Part shown: piece by piece, positions 1 to 8,204 of the stretch
How positions within the stretch are numbered: the stretch's first letter is position 1
How the letters are laid out: the number at the start of each line of letters is the position of its first letter
Assembly: GCA_048885865.1 (NCBI GenBank)
Contig: JBHLLF010000054.1
Location: 1 to 15,492 of the forward strand
DNA: 15,492 nt
Origin: Candidatus Hermodarchaeota archaeon
GTDB lineage: Archaea > Asgardarchaeota > Thorarchaeia > Thorarchaeales > Thorarchaeaceae
Direction of reading: 5' to 3'
Notes under the pieces: generated by a model
The model's database searches: none
What the model was told of the DNA's origin: nothing
The model's input: only the letters and a program-made list of their open reading frames with translations
Program-made: the position numbers and the translations under genes

Positions 1-55
1 TTGTTGGATATCGAAGACTGGTGAACGTAGGATGTTCCTCCTAAAGCCACATTTG

Positions 56-1507
56 CTAACCTGTTTTCGGAAATAAATATTCAATTAAGTATAAAAATGA
101 ATCGGTCTTTCGTAAATTCCACGCAGAGCGCGAATTCAAATCTCGCCCGGTCCACCATTTCTCCCTGTGAGTTGAACAGTCCATTAACTCCATCTGGAGC
201 GTTTGGTTTACGGGTCCTATTATTTGATTGCTCACAGTCTGGGATGAGAGAAGCTGCTGTCCGGGAGCAGTGTATTCTATAATTCCTCCAACCATCGTCA
301 TCAGGACCTCTATGTCAGCAAGAGTATCTTCTGGAACGGTCAATGGGTTATCTGAGAGAATAACCAGGTCTGCAAGTTTGCCCACCTTAATGCTCCCCTT
401 CACATCCTCTTGGAATGAGGCATAAGCAGCATCAATTGTAAGGAGTCGGAGCGCTTGTTCTGCAGTGAGAGTCTGATTCAACATTTGAGCTGTGGGAGGG
501 ATTCCCAGCTCGCCAACCCTAGTGACCGCCCTGGAAATTGCTTTCATTGTTGAATGTATAGAACCCCAATTCGAGGGAAAGTCAGTACTTCCGACTGAGG
601 GAACTCCTGCCTGAACAATATCTCGCCATCTTGCAACAGGGAGTTCTCCGTTGTGTAGGTCTGCAAATATCTGCTCATCACCTGATGCCGCTAAGTAGTC
701 TGAATGGTGCCAGGTGAGCTGGAAGGAGGCAATGATTCCAAGGTCACTCATTCTCTGAATCTGGTCGTCTCTGAGAAGGACAAGGTGTTCGATACGATGA
801 CGATATTGTTGGTTCGATTCCCCATCCAAGGTTGATTCTAGAGCATTAAGGGCAATATCTGTCCCATTGTGGATTATACTGTGAATGGCTATCTGGAACC
901 CTGCTTCATGAGCCTCCTGTACTAGTGAATTCAGCTCTGTCTGATTGAAAAAGTGATCATAATTTTGGAACGTGCCTTCATTGAATATCTTCACCCCACC
1001 AATCCGCAACTTCGAACTGAATTCCTGTCTAGGTTGGTAGGCATGATACCAATCGCCAAATCTTTCAAATTGCCAGTTCAATGGGAGATAAGCATTGACT
1101 CGAACACGCAAGCCGACTCGATTCTCATAGCTTATCAGCGAGTCCAGGCACTCTTGATGTGCGTTCAGTTCTGAAACACTTGTCCATCCAGATCTTAACA
1201 CAGTGTCAATTGCTTCTTCTGTTGTTGATATATTCACTCTCCATGACAAATCATGGAACCAATGGCAATGCGAGTCGATGAATCCAGGAACCAGCGTTCG
1301 TCCATCAAGGTCTATGAGTTGTGTGTTTGGCCCCGCCATCGTGAGGGTATCATTCGAATCTCCCATGGCGATGATATACTCACCTTGGATGGCTACTGCC
1401 TCTACTTGTGAAGGGGATTCTTCCATGGTAAGAACTATACCGTTGTGGAAAATAATATCGGGGGAAGTTTCGCTTGGCCTCCAAAATCCCTGTGATCCAA
1501 GATACAA
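56..1507 (-). CDS. Metal-dependent amidohydrolase (YtcJ/Amidohydro_3-like); true start possibly upstream at 1570, adding an N-terminal membrane anchor
   Basis: Motifs IDLDGRTLVPGFIDSHCH (HxH), QIAIHSI, HRIEHL, GSTDFP and KGSIKVGKLADLVILSDNP. The frame stays open upstream of the TTG at 1507 through a hydrophobic stretch. The C-terminal tail reads through repeat R1. Confidence 0.9.
   Translation of the reverse strand: MYLGSQGFWRPSETSPDIIFHNGIVLTMEESPSQVEAVAIQGEYIIAMGDSNDTLTMAGPNTQLIDLDGRTLVPGFIDSHCHWFHDLSWRVNISTTEEAIDTVLRSGWTSVSELNAHQECLDSLISYENRVGLRVRVNAYLPLNWQFERFGDWYHAYQPRQEFSSKLRIGGVKIFNEGTFQNYDHFFNQTELNSLVQEAHEAGFQIAIHSIIHNGTDIALNALESTLDGESNQQYRHRIEHLVLLRDDQIQRMSDLGIIASFQLTWHHSDYLAASGDEQIFADLHNGELPVARWRDIVQAGVPSVGSTDFPSNWGSIHSTMKAISRAVTRVGELGIPPTAQMLNQTLTAEQALRLLTIDAAYASFQEDVKGSIKVGKLADLVILSDNPLTVPEDTLADIEVLMTMVGGIIEYTAPGQQLLSSQTVSNQIIGPVNQTLQMELMDCSTHREKWWTGRDLNSRSAWNLRKTDSFLYLIEYLFPKTG
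135..157 (+). repeat. R1: tRNA-Ala 3'-end repeat, exact consensus
   Basis: ttcaaatctcgcccggtccacca, preceded by gcgaa (partial T-stem complement) and followed by tttctccc. Confidence 0.95.
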
Positions 1508-1635
1508 GAGAAACGCTAGTAGTATTGCGAGTACGAGAGATGTAGCTATAAGCAGTCCGCGTCGTGTCGTTGAATCAGCTCCTTGACCTCAAATAGGAGG
1601 AATTCCAATGTCTGAGGTCAGATAATAATCATCCG

Positions 1636-1658
1636 TTCAAATCTCGCCCGGTCCACCA
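1636..1658 (+). repeat. R2: tRNA-Ala 3'-end repeat, exact consensus
   Basis: (g)ttcaaatctcgcccggtccacca followed by ttcattttct. Confidence 0.95.
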
Positions 1659-1680
1659 TTCATTTTCTCAGTGTGATGTT

Positions 1681-2187
1681 CTATGAGTCTTTAAGAACTG
1701 ATACACGTGCTTTCTTAATCTCGTTGTAAAGGTATTCTATTTCTCCAAAGATATCTGCATTTTCCCAAATCGCCTCGAGTTCCGAAGCTATGGGTATGAA
1801 TCGTTCCCAGAAACTTGTGACCATGATAGCTAATCCGCGCGGCATATACCTGATGTCTGTTAGCTTGTTTCTCACAAGAGAGCCCAAGCTATCAAACTGC
1901 ATTGAAACCCGAACGAAGATATTGTAATCTGTGAGATTTTCTGGATCTCCATACTTGGCTGCAAAATCATTGGCATCAGTCCAAGTCCATTTCCTAATAA
2001 TTTGAAAGAAATCATTGAAGAAATCTACCTTAGATACTTCTGAATGAAAGTTCAGGAAGATTTGAGCTTGTCTCGATCTAGTTGCATTTCTTGTTGAAAC
2101 ATAGATGGACACCATACTAAAGACTACGCCAATTACAACGCTTGAGGCTGCAATCATGATCGAAATGGTCTGAGAGTCCAATTGCAC
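1681..2187 (-). CDS. Hypothetical protein with N-terminal TM helix (DUF4760-like archaeal family)
   Basis: 168 aa with GTG start. An N-terminal hydrophobic helix is followed by RSRQAQIFL...WTWTDANDFAAKYG...FDSLGSLV...FWERF...EIEYLYNE. Family recognised from memory, not searched. It is the only gene between R2 and R3. Confidence 0.75.
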   Translation of the reverse strand: MQLDSQTISIMIAASSVVIGVVFSMVSIYVSTRNATRSRQAQIFLNFHSEVSKVDFFNDFFQIIRKWTWTDANDFAAKYGDPENLTDYNIFVRVSMQFDSLGSLVRNKLTDIRYMPRGLAIMVTSFWERFIPIASELEAIWENADIFGEIEYLYNEIKKARVSVLKDS

Positions 2188-2263
2188 AGTTATTCATCAA
2201 CCTGTAGAGAGTACTGTCATTGACTCCACCAGACCCCGATAAAATCCCTTCGAGGACAAAGAC

Positions 2264-2286
2264 TTCAAATCTCGCCCGTTCCACCA
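2264..2286 (+). repeat. R3: tRNA-Ala 3'-end repeat, 1 mismatch
   Basis: ttcaaatctcgcccgTtccacca followed by tttcttatt. Confidence 0.95.
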
Positions 2287-2307
2287 TTTCTTATTGCTTC
2301 TGATATA

Positions 2308-2796
2308 TCATTCAAGACTTATTTTCTCCCTTGCCTGTTCATAGACCTCTTCGGTGCCTTCAATGAGTTTCACCACAAGTCCATGCAGCTGCTGTATCTC
2401 GCTTGGACTTAGAGACTTGAATAGAGAGAACATGGCCGCACTATGTTCCGGAAATCTGGAATCCCAATACTCCTGATTCCTAGGAGTCAGAATCAAGAGC
2501 CATCTCCTCTTATCCTTCTCATCTCGAATCATTTTGACAAAACCCCTCTTCTCTAGATTATTAGCAATTGCTTTCACATTCTGATGACTGGTGCTTAGTA
2601 GTTCAGCGACTTCACTAACGGAAGGAGGGCTGGTGAATCCGTGGCCAATTGCCATGAGAACCAGAAGTTGTTTGGTAGTAAGTCCATCTCTTCTTAGTAT
2701 CTTATCAGTGATATACTCAAATCTTCGACTTAGAATAAAGAGATAGCCGAAGGAGTCCGCCATAGTCTGAGAAAACTCCTCACTCATTTCCAGCAC
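2308..2796 (-). CDS. MarR-family winged-helix transcriptional regulator
   Basis: GLTTKQLLVL...PSVSEVAELLSTSHQNVKAIANNLEKRGFVKMIRDEKDKRRWLLILT gives the HTH plus the DxDxR wing motif. Start is GTG 2796 or ATG 2787. Confidence 0.92.
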   Translation of the reverse strand: MLEMSEEFSQTMADSFGYLFILSRRFEYITDKILRRDGLTTKQLLVLMAIGHGFTSPPSVSEVAELLSTSHQNVKAIANNLEKRGFVKMIRDEKDKRRWLLILTPRNQEYWDSRFPEHSAAMFSLFKSLSPSEIQQLHGLVVKLIEGTEEVYEQAREKISLE

Positions 2797-2851
2797 CCGT
2801 TGTTCCTAGACTACAGAATCCTTCCGCCATCTTAACTCTAACTCCCATTCC

Positions 2852-3739
2852 TCAAGTCCTTCGGATCTTGCTCTTGATCAAGTACAAGAGCCCTGCGTAA
2901 GATAGGACTCCTAGAATTGGGAATATTACTAGACCAGCCGCTGCAGCGCCTGCGACTTCAGGATCCCCGCTTAAAACTTGGACTATTGCCATGGCATTCA
3001 CGGCAGTTCCCATGGTTATGAAGAAACCAAAGAATAGAAGGATGATGGGATATGCCTTCTTTGGTCTTGTAATAAGTAGGTACAGAGCCATGTAGCCCAA
3101 CGGTATTGTGATGCCCAGATCAAGATACCTTATGACCCAGAATACTGTGGGAGTTGATGCATACGATCCTGAGGAGGTGTTTCCTGTTTCAAGCACCTCA
3201 AAGACTTCTGAGGACCACATCATTGCAAAGAACAAGAGGAAGATGGCCATCAGCCCTACATAGATGTACAAGCTTCTACGATTGAACTCTGAAGCATCCT
3301 CATCACCAAACATGGAGAGGCTACTGGTTCCGAGAATCAATCCACCAATGATCAGCATCAAGAATAATCCAAAGTAGTTCTCGATGTTTCCAGAATATGC
3401 TACGTTACTCCACTCTTGACCAATACCATATGAAAGGCCGGTATAGATCAATGTGATTGGAGTGAGGATTAGAAAGTACTTTGATCCTTCTCGTTGCATG
3501 AGATGAAGAAGGCCACCAATAAACAGGAGCGGTGCCATTAGAAGCAGTCCAACTAAATCCTGGCCCATCGTTTGATATATGGCAGACTGCGAAGTTCGGT
3601 GCTCCATAACACCGAAACCAAGAGGACCAAGAAAGGCTATTGTGATTAGGATTCCTGCACAGACCATTGCCACTATTCCAATAACATATCGTTCGAATTT
3701 CTCATGACCCAACTCTACATGTGATTCGCCTGACATCAC
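2852..3739 (-). CDS. Polytopic membrane protein of unknown function (about 8 TM helices)
   Basis: 295 aa with repeated hydrophobic segments and GQD.V.L and YLDLG...P motifs. It lies 3 bp from the upstream gene, consistent with an operon. Confidence 0.85.
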   Translation of the reverse strand: MMSGESHVELGHEKFERYVIGIVAMVCAGILITIAFLGPLGFGVMEHRTSQSAIYQTMGQDLVGLLLMAPLLFIGGLLHLMQREGSKYFLILTPITLIYTGLSYGIGQEWSNVAYSGNIENYFGLFLMLIIGGLILGTSSLSMFGDEDASEFNRRSLYIYVGLMAIFLLFFAMMWSSEVFEVLETGNTSSGSYASTPTVFWVIRYLDLGITIPLGYMALYLLITRPKKAYPIILLFFGFFITMGTAVNAMAIVQVLSGDPEVAGAAAAGLVIFPILGVLSYAGLLYLIKSKIRRT

Positions 3740-3742
3740 TCA

Positions 3743-4186
3743 TCACCTCATTGAAGCATCCAGGGATGGTCCGCCTATTTGGAAAAACACTGTTCTGTTG
3801 ATGACTAGGTAAATCAAGACCAGTACAGGAACAACAAAACCCATTATGGCTGTATACTGAATGGTCATACCCCAGATGTCAAAGACTATGGTTCCTAGAA
3901 TCACCATCATGGTGCCTAGAAAACCCCATCTCTTCTTCTGCCAGAAGCCAATTGCTACAATGAAACCTGAAACTCCCAAGAATAGGAAGATTGTGACTAG
4001 TATATTCGTGGTGCTCTGGAAAACTGGAATATCAAGCAACTGAACCCCGGTTGCCGCCATACAGCCAAAAAGCAAACGAAGAGCTGCATTTCCAACCCAT
4101 ACCATGAATAGCACGAAGAAGAGAAAGCTCCGACCAAAGATTCGATGCTTCCGTTTTTCTTGATTGTTTTCTGTCATTACATTCAC
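3743..4186 (-). CDS. Small membrane protein (about 4 TM), first gene of the MarR operon
   Basis: 147 aa with four hydrophobic segments and a GFWQKKRWG loop. Start is GTG 4186 or ATG 4177. Confidence 0.8.
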   Translation of the reverse strand: MNVMTENNQEKRKHRIFGRSFLFFVLFMVWVGNAALRLLFGCMAATGVQLLDIPVFQSTTNILVTIFLFLGVSGFIVAIGFWQKKRWGFLGTMMVILGTIVFDIWGMTIQYTAIMGFVVPVLVLIYLVINRTVFFQIGGPSLDASMR

Positions 4187-4192
4187 CCAAAT

Positions 4193-4235
4193 TAGGTATT
4201 ATACTACCTAAATAGGTATCATACTACCTTTTAAA
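4193..4235 (-). promoter_or_regulatory. Tandem palindromic operator (TAGGTA-N6-TACCTA, two copies) overlapping an archaeal TATA-like box; probable MarR site
   Basis: taggtattatactaccta at 4193-4210 and taggtatcatactacctt at 4213-4230 (20-bp period). The minus strand reads TTTAAAAG at 4235-4228, immediately upstream of the 3-gene operon. Confidence 0.75.
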
Positions 4236-4309
4236 TGCTTCGGGAGGGTATAGTGCCACCTAATCTTTCGGTGTCGTTTAGAATAGAGATTCAAAGTAGT
4301 AGATGAAAC

Positions 4310-4332
4310 TTCAAATCTCGTCCGGTCCACCA
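4310..4332 (+). repeat. R4: tRNA-Ala 3'-end repeat, 1 mismatch
   Basis: ttcaaatctcgTccggtccacca followed by cttcttcttt. Confidence 0.95.
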
Positions 4333-4350
4333 CTTCTTCTTTGGCCAACC

Positions 4351-5112
4351 TTATCTAGGTCTACAGATAACAATCTGAACACCCGAGTCTGAATCGAAAG
4401 GTTGACCGTCATAGCCCCCATATTTCTGTTCAATTTCAAAGCCATTATAGTAGAGCAGCGCATCAAGTTCCTGAGGAAAGAACATTCTCATGTTGACAGA
4501 GTGCGTTTCTTCTCTTTCTCCTAGTTTGAAATGCAGCTGTAATTTGTTGATCTGAGTAGCACTATCGTATTTGTTGCTCTCAGTGATGGTGACTGTTCCG
4601 TTTCCATCAGGATCAGGATACTCCGCATGTGGAAACTTTTCTGATGGATTTCTTGTAAGAATTGCAAGGCTAGGATTGAAGAAATCAAAGATGAATCTAC
4701 CATCATCAGTAAGGTGGTGTTTCACGCAAGATAGACAGCCCTCTACATCCTCTCTTGTTTCCAAGTGTGCAAAAGCAATCCCAGTCATCAGGATTAGTTT
4801 GAACTTCTTATTCAATTCGAAGTTGGTCATATCGCCCCGGATGAATTCGATATCCAATCCCCTTTCTTTGACTTTTTGCCTTGCAAGGTCTAACATTGCC
4901 TTTGAAAAATCAAGTCCAGTAATGGAAACCTCCTGAGCAAGTGGTATTGTAAGCCTACCAGTCCCACATGCAAGCTCGAGAACAGGACCTTGATATTTCC
5001 GTGTTTGCTGTAGATAGAATTCCAAACCAGAATCAGTCTGGCCCCTGACATCAAGCATTAGGTCATAATGCCGGCCGTCTGAATATATCCACGGATCCTT
5101 GGTTTCTTTCAT
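4351..5112 (-). CDS. Class I SAM-dependent methyltransferase
   Basis: Motif I VLELACGTGRL, plus ITGLDFSKAML, FIRGDMTNF and HLTDDGRFIFD. It is the only gene between R4 and R5. Confidence 0.93.
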   Translation of the reverse strand: MKETKDPWIYSDGRHYDLMLDVRGQTDSGLEFYLQQTRKYQGPVLELACGTGRLTIPLAQEVSITGLDFSKAMLDLARQKVKERGLDIEFIRGDMTNFELNKKFKLILMTGIAFAHLETREDVEGCLSCVKHHLTDDGRFIFDFFNPSLAILTRNPSEKFPHAEYPDPDGNGTVTITESNKYDSATQINKLQLHFKLGEREETHSVNMRMFFPQELDALLYYNGFEIEQKYGGYDGQPFDSDSGVQIVICRPR

Positions 5113-5181
5113 TATTGTTCAAATGATAACCTGAATACTTCCTTAAGAGATTCACCAGTTTTTGAGCCAACCAAAGAACTT

Positions 5182-5204
5182 GTCAAATCTCGCCCTGTCC
5201 ACCA
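5182..5204 (+). repeat. R5: tRNA-Ala 3'-end repeat, 2 mismatches
   Basis: GtcaaatctcgcccTgtccacca followed by ttctttt. Confidence 0.92.
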
Positions 5205-5262
5205 TTCTTTTGCCATCAACTTAATAGAGGGACACACTTGCAACGAATTGGAGGCTTTACAT

Positions 5263-5832
5263 TTGAAGGTCCTAATTGCCTATTGTACCAGATATGGAGC
5301 CACAGCAAGTACATCCGAGGAGATTGCCAATGGACTTCGGCAAGAGGGCTTTGATGTCCGAGTTGTCAATACGAAGAAGGAGAAAGTCAAGAGCGTTTCT
5401 GAATATGACCTCGTGATTGTTGGAGCAGGATTGCAGATGTTTAGATGGTGCAAAGAATCGGAGAAGTTTCTGAAGAAGTTTCAGAAAGATCTTCAAGCCA
5501 TAAGGACTGCCATCTATGTATCATCCGGAGCGATAGCAGTTATGGAGCATGATGGGCAAACAGAAGAAATGGAAGACCATTGGCAGAAGCATCTTGTTGA
5601 CAAGGCAGAGGAGTACTCCATTGATCCTATAGCAATTGGTAGGTTCGGTGGCATATGGGATTACAACAAGATGAACTTCGTATTCAGGAAGAGCATGGGT
5701 CCTTTTCAAATGAAGCTTGAAGAGGTTGGGATAAAAGAAGTCGAACCTGGAGTCTATGATACACGCGATTGGGATGAGATTCGAGGATGGACAAAGAATC
5801 TTGCACAGAGGGTGAGAGGGAATGAAACGTAA
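5263..5832 (+). CDS. Flavodoxin-domain protein (HemG/Flavodoxin_5-like)
   Basis: KVLIAYCTRYGATASTSEEIA (FMN phosphate loop), YDLVIVGAGL, FGG and DTRDWDEIRGW. The ORF track starts at 5248, but the TTG at 5263 follows a GGAGG at 5250-5254 and matches the usual domain start. Confidence 0.88.
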   Translation: MKVLIAYCTRYGATASTSEEIANGLRQEGFDVRVVNTKKEKVKSVSEYDLVIVGAGLQMFRWCKESEKFLKKFQKDLQAIRTAIYVSSGAIAVMEHDGQTEEMEDHWQKHLVDKAEEYSIDPIAIGRFGGIWDYNKMNFVFRKSMGPFQMKLEEVGIKEVEPGVYDTRDWDEIRGWTKNLAQRVRGNET

Positions 5833-6247
5833 GATAATCGCCTTGCTATTGGTGGTTCACGGGTTAATCACATCGATATTCGTGTTTTACATTGAGGACC
5901 CTATGGGAGAAGGGGTTGGATGGAATGGTAGTTCATGGTTATTGACAGGCGCCCTCGATGCTCAGTTAGTTCAGATATTGGGAATAGCTCTATGGGCAGC
6001 TTCCGTGATTGCGTTTGTGCTAGCAGGCATTGCAGTGTTCACAATGCGAGAACAGTGGCGATGGATTGACATCATTGCTTCAATAGTATCTCTTGTGGCA
6101 TACATTCTCTTCTGGAATGGTCTAAGACCAGTTCCTGAGTACTGGATTCTTGGTCCAGTGATATCAGTTGTTACACTTGTTGCCCTGGTCATTGTCCGCT
6201 GGCCTCCTGACGAATGGATATTTGGCACAGAGGCAGGCTCCTCCTAA
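5822..6247 (+). CDS. Small membrane protein (about 4 TM)
   Basis: 141 aa with hydrophobic helices. It overlaps the flavodoxin stop by 11 bp (translational coupling) and ends 12 bp before R6. Confidence 0.8.
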   Translation: MKRKIIALLLVVHGLITSIFVFYIEDPMGEGVGWNGSSWLLTGALDAQLVQILGIALWAASVIAFVLAGIAVFTMREQWRWIDIIASIVSLVAYILFWNGLRPVPEYWILGPVISVVTLVALVIVRWPPDEWIFGTEAGSS

Positions 6248-6259
6248 GGCGGATCCTAT

Positions 6260-6282
6260 ATCAAATCACGCCCGGTCTATCA
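6260..6282 (+). repeat. R6: tRNA-Ala 3'-end repeat, 4 mismatches
   Basis: AtcaaatcAcgcccggtcTaTca, lying between two convergent stop codons. Confidence 0.85.
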
Positions 6283-7029
6283 CTAAGCTCTATCCAAATT
6301 TCGTTTCCATATTTTCTCTATCTTTCGTTCTCGGTTGTAATGGGCCATTTCCCCGCCTATGTTCTTCGTGGTTCCACTCCAGACTGCTAGACCTTCGCTT
6401 ATGCCAAGAAAAAGGACCGTGATGACTCCGCACAAGTCACCAACCAAGATTTGACCAACAAGTCCCAGAGCAAATGATGTAATGATAGTCCAGATTCCTG
6501 CAAAGAAGAAGAACCATTTACGTCTTGCAGGAGTTGCCATTAGAAAGGTCTCATAGTCGATCTTCAGCGTTGGTTCACCGTACATTCCACGGCTCATTCC
6601 TTCAATTCGTATCCCAGCCCACCGCCCCGCAATAAGACGGCCCCAAGAATAGAAGAAGAAGGTGGCTCCAAGTAAACTACCGAGGCGTCTTAGAAATATC
6701 CACCAGTCGATGTCAGTCCAGGAGAAGAATGTTCTCCAATCCAGAGGCACTTCTAGGAGTCTGATATACCAGATGGTGGGTCCAATGACACCAAGAATGG
6801 TCAGCACGATGACACATGGCCAAAGAGGATAGGTCCTTCCTCTTCTCGCCCTGAACAGCAGATTTCTGATGTGTGCTGCTCGCTTGACTTCTGTTGGGTC
6901 TGGATTGGGCTGCTGCTTGATTTGTCTGACAATCTTCCAGAATTGCTTTCGGATTGCTGGTGGTGTGTCTTTGGGATTCTTTGATACAATCTCCCCAATC
7001 TGATTCAACCTTTCAAGTGTAGCAGACAT
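6283..7029 (-). CDS. Membrane protein of unknown function with a basic N-terminal domain
   Basis: 248 aa, ATG start, about 4 TM segments, motifs GRLIAGRWAGIRI and PTLKIDYETFL. The stop codon abuts R6. Confidence 0.8.
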   Translation of the reverse strand: MSATLERLNQIGEIVSKNPKDTPPAIRKQFWKIVRQIKQQPNPDPTEVKRAAHIRNLLFRARRGRTYPLWPCVIVLTILGVIGPTIWYIRLLEVPLDWRTFFSWTDIDWWIFLRRLGSLLGATFFFYSWGRLIAGRWAGIRIEGMSRGMYGEPTLKIDYETFLMATPARRKWFFFFAGIWTIITSFALGLVGQILVGDLCGVITVLFLGISEGLAVWSGTTKNIGGEMAHYNRERKIEKIWKRNLDRA

Positions 7030-7139
7030 TATGCCTAACCATACTAGAGTATTGGGCGAGAGCCTATGAATCCTGACATTCCACTTGCTTCAAAGCTTCT
7101 CTTTTTATTTCACAACAAGGGAGCGGTTCTAGTGATATC

Positions 7140-8174
7140 ATGATCCAATCTAGAAATCTTCTGGTGTCGGTTGGACTTGTTTTAGCAATTATTTGCGTTG
7201 GGGTTACGCTATCGGTTGTGTACTTCTCACAACCCATGGAAGTGCCAACAACAACGACACCAATGGAGGCTCCATTGAATGTTGAGGTCAATCTGATAGG
7301 AGAGATAGATACTGGGGGTTCTGCATTGAGTGTGCATGTGGATGATGATCTCGCTTTCGTGATTGATTTTGGAGAAGACACATCTCATGGGTTAATTATT
7401 GTCAATGTCAGCAATCCATCTCAACCAGAGATACTAGGCACATATCATGCTGGCGGATTACCTTTCGCAATAGAGTCTGTAGATGAGATTGTGTATATTG
7501 CAGACCAGTTCGAAGGACTCAGAATAATCGATATCTCAGACCCAGCTAATCCTGTTGAGATTGAAGGATATGTTGGCAGTGGGATGGCATTTGACTTGGA
7601 AATTGTAGACGACCTCTTGTTCATGGCAGATTATGAGTATGGAATGGTCGTGCTAGATATTAGCTCTCCTAGCAATCCAGTATTTGTTTCAAATCTTGGC
7701 CCTGACTGTGTTCATCTAGAGATTGAAGGGAATGTTGCATACATCGCAGGTGACGGACGCATAAGAGTAGTGGATGTCAGTGATCCACATCATCCAACGC
7801 TTCTAGGCCAGACCATAGAAAGCAGCAGTACTCTGTGGGATCCATCAGTTTCTAATGGCATAATCTACCTAGCCCATCATAGTGGAGATGATGGCGAACT
7901 TCTGATATTTGATGCAGGCGATCCATCGAATATCGAAGAAATAGGTGAATTTGATTCAGAGGGGACATTCCAATCCTTCTTTGTTCAAGACTTGCTGCTG
8001 TATGCCGTTGACTTCGAGAGTGGATTGTACATTCTGGATGTGACTAATTCCATATCACCTGTTGAGAAAGCGAGATTCTCGGATGGGCAACCTTGGGATG
8101 TAACCATCTGCGATGGTTTAGTGTATCTTGTTGGATCGGAAGGTCTGCAAATTCTACAAGTGACTCTAGGCTAG
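7140..8174 (+). CDS. LVIVD-repeat (beta-propeller-like) membrane-anchored or secreted protein
   Basis: N-terminal signal/TM and a Thr/Pro linker, then repeats such as VYIADQFEGLRIIDISDPANP, LFMADYEYGMVVLDISSPSNP and LYAVDFESGLYILDVTNSISP. Confidence 0.9.
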   Translation: MIQSRNLLVSVGLVLAIICVGVTLSVVYFSQPMEVPTTTTPMEAPLNVEVNLIGEIDTGGSALSVHVDDDLAFVIDFGEDTSHGLIIVNVSNPSQPEILGTYHAGGLPFAIESVDEIVYIADQFEGLRIIDISDPANPVEIEGYVGSGMAFDLEIVDDLLFMADYEYGMVVLDISSPSNPVFVSNLGPDCVHLEIEGNVAYIAGDGRIRVVDVSDPHHPTLLGQTIESSSTLWDPSVSNGIIYLAHHSGDDGELLIFDAGDPSNIEEIGEFDSEGTFQSFFVQDLLLYAVDFESGLYILDVTNSISPVEKARFSDGQPWDVTICDGLVYLVGSEGLQILQVTLG

Positions 8175-8204
8175 TTAATAGAAACATCAATGGGGAAACC
8201 GCGA

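Noticed and set aside
80-157. Intact tRNA gene at R1 or any other copy (including aggccagg upstream of R10)
   Set aside because: No GGGCCGG acceptor 5' strand, D-arm or anticodon arm is visible at the expected distance upstream of any copy. The fragments are also too short to be split-tRNA halves, which usually break near the anticodon.
135-157. tmRNA 3' end or classical integron attC site
   Set aside because: tmRNA shares the Ala-type TCCACCA end, but the context looks archaeal and TTCAAAT...CCGGTCCACCA fits archaeal tRNA-Ala. No attC-type RYYYAAC...GTTRRRY long imperfect hairpin is evident around the repeats.
7054-7061. gggcgaga, reverse complement of the repeat core tctcgccc, in the divergent intergenic region (and tctcgccc at 6844-6851 in a CDS)
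   Set aside because: Only 8 bp with no flanking similarity, so compatible with chance. Not counted as a unit boundary.
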